A DNA stretch of 49,048 bases from NCBI GenBank assembly GCA_049964795.1, contig JBMFWY010000005.1:1-49048 (forward strand), read 5' to 3'. Origin of the DNA: Candidatus Micrarchaeia archaeon. Its GTDB lineage: Archaea > Micrarchaeota > Micrarchaeia > Micrarchaeales > Micrarchaeaceae. Below, in pieces: positions 1 through 9,192 of the stretch (its first letter is position 1; the number at the start of each line of letters is the position of its first letter). The notes under the pieces were generated by a model. That model saw only the letters and a program-made list of their open reading frames with translations. It ran no database searches and was not told the origin of the DNA. A program made the position numbers and the translations under genes.

Positions 1-43
1 CCTTAACAAACTTTAGATTCTCTCCTTCTATTATAGCCATCAT
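1..43 (-). CDS. 5' fragment of a gene running off the window (MMAIIEGENLKFVK...)
   Basis: ATGATG on the minus strand preceded by GGTGA; frame open to the window edge. Confidence 0.55.
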   Translation of the reverse strand, partial: MMAIIEGENLKFVK

Positions 44-199
44 TTTCACCTAACTAAGCGTCAATACCCGTTGCCTTTAAAAGTAGGAAACGCATATATT
101 AGTTCCGCAGTTATAATATAAAAAGGTTTTTGTAGAAAACGGGCAGGCACATGCAGTTTTTTGCGCAAAAGCCCACAAGCGCTTTTTCCAAGTCATCAA

Positions 200-207
200 T
201 TTAAATA
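200..207 (+). promoter_or_regulatory. TATA box for tRNA-Val
   Basis: TTTAAATA about 25 nt upstream of the tRNA 5' end. Confidence 0.55.
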
Positions 208-231
208 TTTCCTGCAAAAAGCATAATGCAG

Positions 232-303
232 GGGCTCGTAGTCGAGTGGTAAGACGCCGCCTTCACAAGGCGGAGATCCGGAGTCCGATTCTCCGCGGGC
301 CCA
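232..303 (+). tRNA. tRNA-Val(CAC)
   Basis: Acceptor GGGCTCG/CGGGCCC, anticodon arm CCGCC-TT CAC AA-GGCGG, T arm CGGAG-TCCGATT-CTCCG, discriminator A; CCA not encoded. Confidence 0.93.
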
Positions 304-429
304 TCTTCATCCTCCACTTTTGAAGAAAAATTCATTTTTGGGTTTTAACTGCAAAATACCAACTTTTTATGCAAAGCTTAGCACTTCAGGTTTAGTTACT
401 CTGCAAAAAAGAAAAAGTGAGGCCTCAAC

Positions 430-996
430 ATGCAAAAGCTTATAAATATGATTGGGCATTCATATATTATGCAGCAATACTCTACGCAAAGAAAAAGCAC
501 AATAGTGCAATCTCTATGCATAGTTTTCAGCTCAAAGGCGTACTTGATTGCTTTTATCCTATTATCTATAGCTTTGTTTATCGCTTATTCATACATGCTA
601 TTATCCTCTTCGCTTAACATTTCATTTCCAAAAATAATCTTCGGTCTTAATCTTCCTTCTCTTATTGCTTCTCTCTTGATAGGCGTGCTGCTCTCGCTTT
701 CATTGTCTATGAATGCGTACGCTTTGTCGAACAAGGCACGCCAAACCAGCAAAATGGGGCTTGGTGCAGCAATAATAGCAATACTTCCAAGCAGCCTCTG
801 CTGCACTACTGTGATACCCGCTCTGCTAGCGGCTTTCGGTGCTTCTACCTCCACGATATTTGGAGTAGCCGGCATAATCCAAGGGCCATTCGCCACATAT
901 GGGGCCTTGTTTATTGCTGCTTCTATAGTGCTGCTCCTGCTAAGCATATTGCTAGTCTCAAGGAGCCTTGTAAAATGCTGCATGGTGAAAAGATGA
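430..996 (+). CDS. Membrane protein with two Cys-Cys pairs, putative Hg/heavy-metal transporter (MerT/MerC-like role)
   Basis: About 4 hydrophobic segments, intramembrane SLCCT and C-terminal KCC; first gene of the merA operon. Confidence 0.6.
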   Translation: MQKLINMIGHSYIMQQYSTQRKSTIVQSLCIVFSSKAYLIAFILLSIALFIAYSYMLLSSSLNISFPKIIFGLNLPSLIASLLIGVLLSLSLSMNAYALSNKARQTSKMGLGAAIIAILPSSLCCTTVIPALLAAFGASTSTIFGVAGIIQGPFATYGALFIAASIVLLLLSILLVSRSLVKCCMVKR

Positions 997-1571
997 TAAG
1001 GAAATTTTATGTATTGGCAATCGGAATTGCGGTGGCAATCGCAATCATGGCACTTGCCTTCCACCAAAGCTTCAATTTATACATCTCGACAGTGAAAACC
1101 AGCATTTCTTCTCCAAACATAACAATCGGCTCTCCCGCTCCTAATTACAGCTTTATGCTTGTAAACGGCTCTTATGAAAGCTTATACAATTTCAAAGGTC
1201 ATCCTGTACTACTCTGGTTTGTGGCTACATGGTGCTCAGGATGCGTGCAGGGGAATGAAATACTTAATCAAAATTATGGCTTTTTCAAGTCACGCGGTAT
1301 AAAAATAATAGAGCTTGAACTCTACAATGATCTGGGCTATAAAGGCCCAAACATAGGGGACTTTGCAAGCTCCTACGCCCCCTCGGCATATGGCAGTGGC
1401 ACGATCATACCTGCGTTTGCAAGCTACAACATGAGCGCAGCTTACGACCCTAGCGGGTATCTTGACATATACTACCTTATCTCTTCAAACGGGACAGTGA
1501 TTTATGAAAACAATACGCTTGCTCTTACCTTGAATGGTTTAGAGAAGGAGATAAACAGCTCTTTGCAGTGA
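993..1571 (+). CDS. Membrane-anchored TlpA/redoxin-family thioredoxin-like protein
   Basis: N-terminal TM; GSPAPNYSF...FKGHPVLLWFVATWCSGC; ATG at 993 follows GGTGA and overlaps the upstream stop (ATGA). Confidence 0.8.
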   Translation: MIRKFYVLAIGIAVAIAIMALAFHQSFNLYISTVKTSISSPNITIGSPAPNYSFMLVNGSYESLYNFKGHPVLLWFVATWCSGCVQGNEILNQNYGFFKSRGIKIIELELYNDLGYKGPNIGDFASSYAPSAYGSGTIIPAFASYNMSAAYDPSGYLDIYYLISSNGTVIYENNTLALTLNGLEKEINSSLQ

Positions 1572-1576
1572 TTATT

Positions 1577-1909
1577 ATGGACAAGCTATCATTCAAAGTT
1601 TTTTTTCATGCGATAAGCGATTACAGCAGGTTTAGCATACTGAGCTCGCTTCTTGAGAGAGAGATGAACGTCAACGAGATAGCGGCAAGCACTGGTATAG
1701 AGCAAAGCAACGTTTCGCACCATCTCCAATGCTTGCTGAATTGCGGGCTTGTAAGCCTAAGGAAAGAGGGAAAAGCGCATTTCTATTCAGTAAATAGGGA
1801 AGCAAGGCAAATGATTGAAGGCATAAAAAAACACATAGGCATGTACGAAAAGAAAATAATCTCGTGCAACATAGCGAACAGGGGATATATTTCAACGGTG
1901 ATTAAATAG
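1577..1909 (+). CDS. ArsR/SmtB-family transcriptional regulator
   Basis: FHAISDYSRFSIL...MNVNEIA...QSNVSHHLQCL...RKEGKAHFYS; three Cys. Confidence 0.9.
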   Translation: MDKLSFKVFFHAISDYSRFSILSSLLEREMNVNEIAASTGIEQSNVSHHLQCLLNCGLVSLRKEGKAHFYSVNREARQMIEGIKKHIGMYEKKIISCNIANRGYISTVIK

Positions 1910-3321
1910 AAAATTTTGAATACGCAATATTGGGGCAGGGATCAGCAGCATTTGCCGCAGCCATAAAGGCAAATAGCCTGGGTATAAAAACAGCGATGAT
2001 AGGAAGCAACGCTACTAAAGGTGCAGTGCTTGGAGGCACATGCATAAATGTGGGCTGCGTGCCAAGCAAGAGGCTAATTACGGTTAGCACTTTCTTGGAA
2101 GAAATGAAAAAGAAGAGATACGCAGGTCTCAATTACACAGTAGGAAAGCTTGATTATTCAGAGATAGTAAAAGAGAAAGATAAGATAGTCAACCAGCTTA
2201 GAAGCGAGAAATACAACGAAGTACTGGAGTCTATGGAAAATGTGACTTTCTTCAACGCATTAGGGGAGTTTGCAGATCCTAATACAATTATCGCAGGAAA
2301 GAATGAGATAAGGGCAAAACATGTGCTGATAGCAACAGGCGCGAGGGCCGCACCGCCTCAGATAAAAGGGGTAGAAAAATCAAGCTACCTGACCAACGAA
2401 GAGGCATTGTCGATGAAAGAATTGCCTGAAACCCTTATTGTTGTTGGGGGAAGGGCACAGGGCCTCGAGTTCGCCCAAATGTTTGCAAAGTTCGGAGTAA
2501 AAGTCACGCTGCTGCAAAGGAGCGAAAGGATAATACCTAACTGGGAGCCCGAAATAAGCGGCTACCTTAATGGGTACTTGGAGGAAAGCGGAGTGAAAGT
2601 TGTTACAAATGCAAATCTTGTGGAGATAACCTCAGGAAAAAGCTCGAAAAGCATAACCGCGATGATCAAAGGAAAAGAGGAAACGTTTGAAGCGGACGAG
2701 GTGCTTTTTTCTACCGGACGAGTTCCGAACGTGGAAAAATTGAATCTGGTGGCTGCTGGAGTGCAGCTTAACGAAAGGAATTTCGTAAGAGTAGATAGCA
2801 CGCTAAGGACAACATCGCAAAGCATATACGCCGCAGGAGACGTCACCGGAGAGCCCATGCTGGAGACCCTCGCTGCAAAGGAGGGCAATATTGCAACCTC
2901 AAACATATTCGAAGGCGCAAACAAGACGATAAACCTCAAAGAGGTACCAAGCGCAATATTTACCTATCCAGAGGCAGCGATGGTGGGCATGACAGAGGTC
3001 CAATTATTGAAAAACAAGATAAGGTGCGCTTGCAATCCTATAGAATTTAAGTCGGTTGCAAAAGCATCCATAATAGGAGATACAAGAGGAGTAATAAAAA
3101 TCGTTATAGACTACAAGACAAAGAAAATAATGGGCGTGCATATTCTGGCGCCACATGCTGCAGAGATGATACATGAAGGCGTATTAGCTGTAAAGTTCGG
3201 GCTTACGATAGATGATCTAATCGATACCGTGCACGTCTTTCCCACTCTGAGCGAAGGCATCAAGCTTTCAGCAATGGCGTTCTACCAGGATGTCTCAAAG
3301 CTAAGCTGCTGCACCGTTTGA
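1906..3321 (+). CDS. merA: Mercuric reductase without NmerA domain; probable ATA start at 1906
   Basis: GGTCINVGCVPSK redox motif, FAD- and NAD(P)H-binding motifs, C-terminal LSCC pair; FAD-binding strand FEYAILGQG lies upstream of the called TTG at 1930. Confidence 0.93.
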   Translation: MENFEYAILGQGSAAFAAAIKANSLGIKTAMIGSNATKGAVLGGTCINVGCVPSKRLITVSTFLEEMKKKRYAGLNYTVGKLDYSEIVKEKDKIVNQLRSEKYNEVLESMENVTFFNALGEFADPNTIIAGKNEIRAKHVLIATGARAAPPQIKGVEKSSYLTNEEALSMKELPETLIVVGGRAQGLEFAQMFAKFGVKVTLLQRSERIIPNWEPEISGYLNGYLEESGVKVVTNANLVEITSGKSSKSITAMIKGKEETFEADEVLFSTGRVPNVEKLNLVAAGVQLNERNFVRVDSTLRTTSQSIYAAGDVTGEPMLETLAAKEGNIATSNIFEGANKTINLKEVPSAIFTYPEAAMVGMTEVQLLKNKIRCACNPIEFKSVAKASIIGDTRGVIKIVIDYKTKKIMGVHILAPHAAEMIHEGVLAVKFGLTIDDLIDTVHVFPTLSEGIKLSAMAFYQDVSKLSCCTV

Positions 3322-3378
3322 AAATTAAAGCAGGCGCGCCAAGAGCAATCAAGGGTTGAAGATTTGGCAAGCGAGGCA

Positions 3379-4473
3379 TTATACCTTCAGCATGTAAAAT
3401 ACCTCAACTATTATCTCTATTACTATAAGCAGTATTATTATGTACTCAAGAAGCACATCGTAGTCAAACTTTATCAAATCCGCAACGAATTCTCGCTCTC
3501 TGCTTATTGCTTCCAAGTCTTTCTCTATTATCTCCTTCCACTCATCTAGCTTGAATGCGTATACGAAAGTTGAGTAGACTCTTGAGAGGTACCATTCCCC
3601 GGTGCCAAAAACCATGTCATTTATGCTGTTGAGCATCGTCCTTGTGCTGTCATAGAGGTTGCCAAGGCTCTTGTTAAGCTCCCTTGTTTTGCTGTCTATT
3701 ATGTATCTACCTATTCCGCTCTTGGGGAAAAGCTCTATGTACTTGCTGCTGCTTTCTATCTGCTTGGTCAGTTTCTCGTGGTATATCCTCATCTCTAGCA
3801 ATTGCAGATTGGCTATCTCGGCTATGAGCAGCTCGTGCTCATGGGCGTATTCCTTGTCGATGAGTACTGCGCTCTCCCATCCTGCAAAGAAAATGTTCTT
3901 GTTGTCGTATGAAAACCCTTTCGAAATAAGGTTGTCAACGTAAGAATCGTCAAGCGCCTCAGCTTCCTGCTCGTCTATCATGAGGCCCGCAATCACCTTT
4001 TTGTATTTGCCTAGTATCTGCGGCTTGTCGCCGTCTATATAATAAAACCTGTATGCTTCGGAGGTCTGGCTTATGCTTATCTTAGCTATCTTTGACAGTG
4101 CAGCCTCTATTTTCTTCCTTGTTTTTGCCAGTACTCCCTGCACAAACGCGCTTACCTGCTTGTCAAATGTAACCTTCACGATTTGCCCATAGTTCGTATC
4201 TGTTATCTGGTACCTTATTCTTATTGAGATACCTCCAAACCTGTAGAGCGCCGCTTGCACTTTGAACTTCTGCTGGGACTCGCCCTGCGTTAACATCTCT
4301 TCCTTTAGGTTAAATATTATTGGCACATTGAAGGTAGAGATTTCCTCTGGACTGGGTTTGGTATACTCATATTTGGAGAAATCCTCCTGGTTCTTCAGAA
4401 GCCCTGCTAGCTGCTCCTCGGTGAAGCTTGTCCCCGCGTCAAACATGAAAAGATATGCTATTTCCCCATCCAT
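3379..4473 (-). CDS. RMD1/DUF155-like protein with C-terminal TM
   Basis: Helical region followed by LEYIIILLIVIEII tail characteristic of RMD1-like proteins; GGTGA RBS. Confidence 0.6.
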   Translation of the reverse strand: MDGEIAYLFMFDAGTSFTEEQLAGLLKNQEDFSKYEYTKPSPEEISTFNVPIIFNLKEEMLTQGESQQKFKVQAALYRFGGISIRIRYQITDTNYGQIVKVTFDKQVSAFVQGVLAKTRKKIEAALSKIAKISISQTSEAYRFYYIDGDKPQILGKYKKVIAGLMIDEQEAEALDDSYVDNLISKGFSYDNKNIFFAGWESAVLIDKEYAHEHELLIAEIANLQLLEMRIYHEKLTKQIESSSKYIELFPKSGIGRYIIDSKTRELNKSLGNLYDSTRTMLNSINDMVFGTGEWYLSRVYSTFVYAFKLDEWKEIIEKDLEAISREREFVADLIKFDYDVLLEYIIILLIVIEIIVEVFYMLKV

Positions 4474-4573
4474 ATTTACTCACCTCGTTTGCCTTTATCT
4501 GCAAAGGCTTAAAGCGCTTGCTGGATTGCTTGCTCTCTGCAAAGCAGGCAAAGCCACTCACGCTGCATCTTGC

Positions 4574-5773
4574 TTAGCGCTTGTATCTGAGCATCGCGGC
4601 TACTCCCTTGAAGCCCATAAGCAGCTCTTGCCCATATTGGCTGTCAGCAGATATGAAATAGGTTTCTATGCCTTTTTGCTCTGCAAGGTCTACTATCTCA
4701 GCAAGCACGTCTTTAGTGCCTGCTACCTCAAGCTTGCCTCCGCATTCGTGCTTCTCCTGCCTGTGCCCATTCAGCTCCAGCGAAGAAAACTGCGCATTGC
4801 AAAGACCGCACCTGTAGCTTACTTCTTCTATTTCTGCCTCTTCGCTTATTATAAGCTTGTCAACATTGTTTGCATCAAGCTCTTTTTTGACGTTTTCGTA
4901 GCCATACGTAGCAAGCCCGTGCCTTGAAATTTCGCTCAAAAATCTTTCCATTATCTTAGCTTCCTGTATTGCTTCCTGCTCTTTTAGCACTTCTTTGGAC
5001 TTGTCGAGTAGCTCCTTTACTCCCTCATTTTCATCCGTATATCCAGTGTCAAAGACACCCAATACCTTGACTTGGTAGTTGAGATTGTTTGACTTGAGGA
5101 AATTCTCTTTCGAAGGTCCTGGCCCTCCAACTATCAAGCCCTTTATCTTGAAATCATTTTTCGCATAAAGGTTGTTGACAGCCTCTGCAACATTCTTATA
5201 GTAGTCATTTGTAGCCTCCTCGCTGCCTCTTTCATATCTTGCCGCGCTTTGCCCTCCTTTTCTTACTTTTGCATGCGCCAGCGATCTCACCTTTTTCTCG
5301 ACGTCGACTCTCGTGCCCCTCAGTGTTGCTATAGTCGCGTCTCTCCCATCCATTATAAGCAGCGCGTAAATATCCTTTGTCTCGAGCATTGCCTGAAGTG
5401 GCTCAAGCAGAAATGTGGAATCGCACCTGTAAATGTTTGCCTTTATTGGCATTGGCGGTTCGATCGAAAAAAGCTCTATGTCCTCGTTTCCAGATTCCCT
5501 TGCAAGATTGCCGCAGAATACCGCAATTCCATTCTTGGGAGGCTCCCTATACAGCTTCAGGTACTGTATTATCTTTTCTATAGCGCCCTGCACATTGAGC
5601 CTAGTTGTTTTTGATTTTATGTTTGACGCTTGGCCGTGCTCCTCTCTCAGCTTTGCCACCTCCTCCGATATAGGAAAGCCCGGCGGCACATATATGCTTA
5701 TAAGCTCGGTGCCGTTTCCCCTTATCGAAGCAAGCCTTTTTAGCTCCCTCTTCATCTCATATTCTTTCATCAT
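4574..5773 (-). CDS. prf1: Peptide chain release factor aRF1
   Basis: ASNIKS, YRCDSTF and GGQSAARY motifs; Zn-ribbon-like insert CGLC..HECGG; start moved to ATG 5773. Confidence 0.96.
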   Translation of the reverse strand: MMKEYEMKRELKRLASIRGNGTELISIYVPPGFPISEEVAKLREEHGQASNIKSKTTRLNVQGAIEKIIQYLKLYREPPKNGIAVFCGNLARESGNEDIELFSIEPPMPIKANIYRCDSTFLLEPLQAMLETKDIYALLIMDGRDATIATLRGTRVDVEKKVRSLAHAKVRKGGQSAARYERGSEEATNDYYKNVAEAVNNLYAKNDFKIKGLIVGGPGPSKENFLKSNNLNYQVKVLGVFDTGYTDENEGVKELLDKSKEVLKEQEAIQEAKIMERFLSEISRHGLATYGYENVKKELDANNVDKLIISEEAEIEEVSYRCGLCNAQFSSLELNGHRQEKHECGGKLEVAGTKDVLAEIVDLAEQKGIETYFISADSQYGQELLMGFKGVAAMLRYKR

Positions 5774-5894
5774 TATAATCACGAATCTTATCCTTTTTTT
5801 CTCTTCAGAAAAACCTGCGTAAATAGTTCGGAAATAAAAGCCCAAACAGGGCAAAATCCAAAATAGCACCTGCAAGCCCTTTGCAGGCTGCCCG

Positions 5895-7202
5895 CTACCT
5901 TGTGCCGCTTATTTCCTCTTTGCCCATATACGGCACAAGCACCTTAGGAACAGCAATCTTCCCTGTTTTCTCATCATAATAATTCTCTACTATCGCGGCG
6001 AGGGTCCTTTCAACGGCAACTCCTGTCGCATTCAGCGTGTGCACGTATTTTCTTTCCCCACCCTCGTCATATTTTATGTCAAGCCTCCTGCTCTGCCAGT
6101 CTGTGCAGTTAGACGCCGAAGTAAGCTCCCTATATTTGCTTTGGCTTGGGAACCACCCCTCTATGTCTATCTTCTTCGCAGCTACGATTCCTATGTCCCC
6201 TGTGCACATTTCTATTACATGGTAAGGTATGCCCAGCTTTTGGAATATGCTCTCCTCATTTGCTACAAGTTCGTCAAAATATTTCCACGAATCCTGCTCC
6301 CTGCAAAATATGAATTGCTCCACTTTTTCGAACTGGTGCACCCTAAATATGCCTTTTGTATCCTTTCCGTGAGCCCCAGCTTCCCTCCTGAAGCATGGGC
6401 TGATGCCTGCATACTTAAGCGGAAGGTCTTTAGCTGAGAAAAGCTCGCCTGCATGCATTGCCGCTATCGCATGCTCCGAAGTAGCTATCAAAAACAAATT
6501 ATCCTCAACTTTCTCATACTCTTTTCTTTTGCCTGCTTCCTCGCTGTCTGTGACCCTGTATAATGCGTCTTCGAAGTCGCCGAGGCTTGTAACCCCCATA
6601 TAATGCTCTTTTCTTACCATGTACGGCGGTAGCACCGAGACAAATCCTTTTGAAGATAGCTCATCCAAAACAAACTTCTCGAGCGCTATGCCCAAATGCA
6701 CCAAGTCTCCCTTGAGGTAATAAAATCTTGCTCCTGCGACCTTTGCCGCCCTCTCTATGTCTACAAGGCCCATCTTTTCGAGTATATCGGCGTGCGAAAG
6801 GCTAGTGCGCCTTGAGGTATCCCCCCATCTTCTTATTTCTGCATTGTCATTCTCGTCCTTGCCATATTTGACAGATTCGTGCAATATATTTGGCATGTTC
6901 CAAAGCAGGTCGTTTATCCTTGCCTCATAGCTGGGCAGCTCCCCTTCTATCTCCTCTATCCTGAGCTTTATGCCCTGAAGCGCCTTTATCTGCTCGTCCG
7001 CATTGCCTCCTTCCTTTTTCGTCTTGCTTACCTCAAGGCTAGCTTTGTTCCTCTCTGCCTGCAGCTCCTGGAGTTCCGTTTTAAGCTTTCTCCATTCCTC
7101 GTCGAGTGAGAGCAGCTCCTCTAGGGGATAATCGCTTCTCCGCTTGCTGAGCGACTCTCTTATTGCATCAAGGTTGTCCCTAACATATTTTGTAGTAATC
7201 AA
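5895..7202 (-). CDS. serS: Seryl-tRNA synthetase (standard type)
   Basis: N-terminal coiled coil, LIATSEH, CFRREAG, FRVHQFEKVEQF, ELTSASNCTDWQSRRL. Confidence 0.97.
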   Translation of the reverse strand: MITTKYVRDNLDAIRESLSKRRSDYPLEELLSLDEEWRKLKTELQELQAERNKASLEVSKTKKEGGNADEQIKALQGIKLRIEEIEGELPSYEARINDLLWNMPNILHESVKYGKDENDNAEIRRWGDTSRRTSLSHADILEKMGLVDIERAAKVAGARFYYLKGDLVHLGIALEKFVLDELSSKGFVSVLPPYMVRKEHYMGVTSLGDFEDALYRVTDSEEAGKRKEYEKVEDNLFLIATSEHAIAAMHAGELFSAKDLPLKYAGISPCFRREAGAHGKDTKGIFRVHQFEKVEQFIFCREQDSWKYFDELVANEESIFQKLGIPYHVIEMCTGDIGIVAAKKIDIEGWFPSQSKYRELTSASNCTDWQSRRLDIKYDEGGERKYVHTLNATGVAVERTLAAIVENYYDEKTGKIAVPKVLVPYMGKEEISGTR

Positions 7203-7345
7203 GAAAGTTACCTGCTTGCTACGTTGCTGTTTTGCAGCATATTTTTATCTTAGCCAAATAATAAAAAGTATATGTTTAATCAGATAAAAGCAGAAAGTGC
7301 ACGGCAAGTGCTATATATCCTTTTTTACGCAATAGATAGTGCAAT

Positions 7346-7430
7346 GCAGGGATGGCGGAGCTTGGTCAAACGCGCAAGGCTTAGGACCTTGTGCCTTAGG
7401 GCTGCGGGAGTTCAAATCTCCCTCCCTGCA
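7346..7430 (+). tRNA. tRNA-Leu(TAG)
   Basis: GCAGGGA/TCCCTGC acceptor, CAAGG-CT TAG GA-CCTTG, long variable arm, GGGAG-TTCAAAT-CTCCC. Confidence 0.95.
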
Positions 7431-7490
7431 CTCGCTTAATACCCTTTGAATGCATTGCTATAGAATAACAGAATTTTCAAACGTGATCCA

Positions 7491-7817
7491 ATGGCTTCGT
7501 ATCTGGATTTCGAAAAAATCGACATTCGCATAGGCAAAATAATTGCTGTTGAAGATTTCCCAAAAGCTAAAAAGCCTGCTTATAAGCTTACGGTAGATTT
7601 TGGTAAGCAGATAGGTATAAAGCACTCTTCGGCGCAGATAACCAATTACCAGAAGCAGCAGCTCGAAGGAAGGCTGGTTGTAGCCGTGGTTAATTTTCCT
7701 CCAAAACAAGTTGCCGATTTTGTTTCAGAGGTTCTTGTGCTTGGCGCCATTACCGAAGAAGGCGTGAAATTGTTGTGTGTTGATGAGGATGTCAAGCTCG
7801 GCTCGAAAGTCGCATAG
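7491..7817 (+). CDS. csaA: CsaA/Trbp111-type tRNA-binding, export-related chaperone
   Basis: DFEKIDIRIGKI...KPAYKL.VDFG...SSAQIT...VVNFPPKQ...SEVLVLG. Confidence 0.9.
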   Translation: MASYLDFEKIDIRIGKIIAVEDFPKAKKPAYKLTVDFGKQIGIKHSSAQITNYQKQQLEGRLVVAVVNFPPKQVADFVSEVLVLGAITEEGVKLLCVDEDVKLGSKVA

Positions 7818-9186
7818 CAATAGCTCGCGGAAGCATACTCTTTTGCGCTCCGTTTCCTTGCCTGCAGCCTTAGTAATAAATCTCGGGGCAATAATAGGCG
7901 CGGGAATATTCGTGGTAATAGGTCTGGCAGCTTTTGCAGCAGGTCCTGCCGTAATCCTATCTATAATCATTGCCGCTGTCGTGGCGCTTTTTACAGGCCT
8001 TAGCTTCTCAGAAATAGCAAGGCATACTGCCAAGGAGGGCGGAGTCTACGAATATGCGAAAGAAACCCTTTCCCCATTTGCCGGCTTCCTAGGTGGCTGG
8101 CTCTGGACATTTGGCAATATCATAGCAATAGCGGCAGTTTCCCTCAGCCTTGGCAGTTACATCGACGTTCTTTTTCATTTGCAAATAAGCAGCATGTATT
8201 TTGCCGTTTCTGCAATACTTTTGCTCATGGCAATAAACATATTTGGAATAAAGAACTCGACTAAAACGCTGATGCTTTTCGTAAGCATCAATATCCTGGT
8301 ACTTTTGCTATTCGTATTCTTTGGTATGCTTTCATTCCACGCCTCAAACTTCTCAGGATTTTTCCAAAAAGGTGCAAGCGGCATGATAGAGGGCGCCGCC
8401 CTGATATTTTTTGCATTTACAGGGTTCTCTCGCGTGACCACAATAAGCGAAGAGGTAAAGGAGCCTGAGCGTACTATCCCCAGGGCCATAATTCTGTCGA
8501 TAATAATTTCCACCCTACTTTATGTTTTTGTTGCGGCTTCTGCAATAGGGCTGGTGCCTTTTGCAGAGCTAGGCGGTACTTCCTCTCCTCTTTCATTCTC
8601 AATTTCAGTGCTGCACAATCCAGCGCTTGACATAGCCATAGCGCTCGGCGGCATAACCGCAACAGCAGGCGTAGTGCTTACAGGCATCCTTGGTACTTCA
8701 CGCGTCTTCTTTGCAATGGGGCGCGACAAGGAACTCCCCCAAAAACTCAGCTACATAGACAAATTTTCCACTCCTATATATGCAATACTAGTTTCAACTG
8801 TGCTTGGCATAATATTCCTGATGTTCGTCTCTTTCAACACCATAGTTGAAACTGCAAACGCTTCAATACTCTCTTCCTACATTATAGTCAACGTGTCTGC
8901 CTTCAACCTGCATTTAAAGCTCAGAAAACACGAGATGAAGAAATATATCAGCGAAAAAAGTTACTTTTTTGCTATACCTATACTGGGAATTGCAACCATA
9001 ATACTGGTCATTGCATATATACCAATAGCTTCCTTGCTGCTTGCCTTTGCGATAGGCCTTGCAGGCATTGCATACTATTCCTATAAGAAGCTGAAAGTTG
9101 CATTGAAGATAGAGAAGTTTGTAAGGAAGGAAATCCCCGAAATAAGCGATGTGCGCGAATTTGGAAGGAGCAGGCTGTTGCGATAG
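7777..9186 (+). CDS. APC-family amino acid permease (start uncertain)
   Basis: GAIIGAGIF, GGVYEY, FFAFTGF, EEVKEPERTIPRAI; about 12 TM. Confidence 0.92.
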   Translation: MLMRMSSSARKSHSNSSRKHTLLRSVSLPAALVINLGAIIGAGIFVVIGLAAFAAGPAVILSIIIAAVVALFTGLSFSEIARHTAKEGGVYEYAKETLSPFAGFLGGWLWTFGNIIAIAAVSLSLGSYIDVLFHLQISSMYFAVSAILLLMAINIFGIKNSTKTLMLFVSINILVLLLFVFFGMLSFHASNFSGFFQKGASGMIEGAALIFFAFTGFSRVTTISEEVKEPERTIPRAIILSIIISTLLYVFVAASAIGLVPFAELGGTSSPLSFSISVLHNPALDIAIALGGITATAGVVLTGILGTSRVFFAMGRDKELPQKLSYIDKFSTPIYAILVSTVLGIIFLMFVSFNTIVETANASILSSYIIVNVSAFNLHLKLRKHEMKKYISEKSYFFAIPILGIATIILVIAYIPIASLLLAFAIGLAGIAYYSYKKLKVALKIEKFVRKEIPEISDVREFGRSRLLR

Positions 9187-9192
9187 CTCTCT

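Noticed and set aside
4262-4927. 221-aa plus-strand ORF, and similar long alternative ORFs such as 21833-22525
   Set aside because: Shadow frames overlapping well-supported genes, with no motifs
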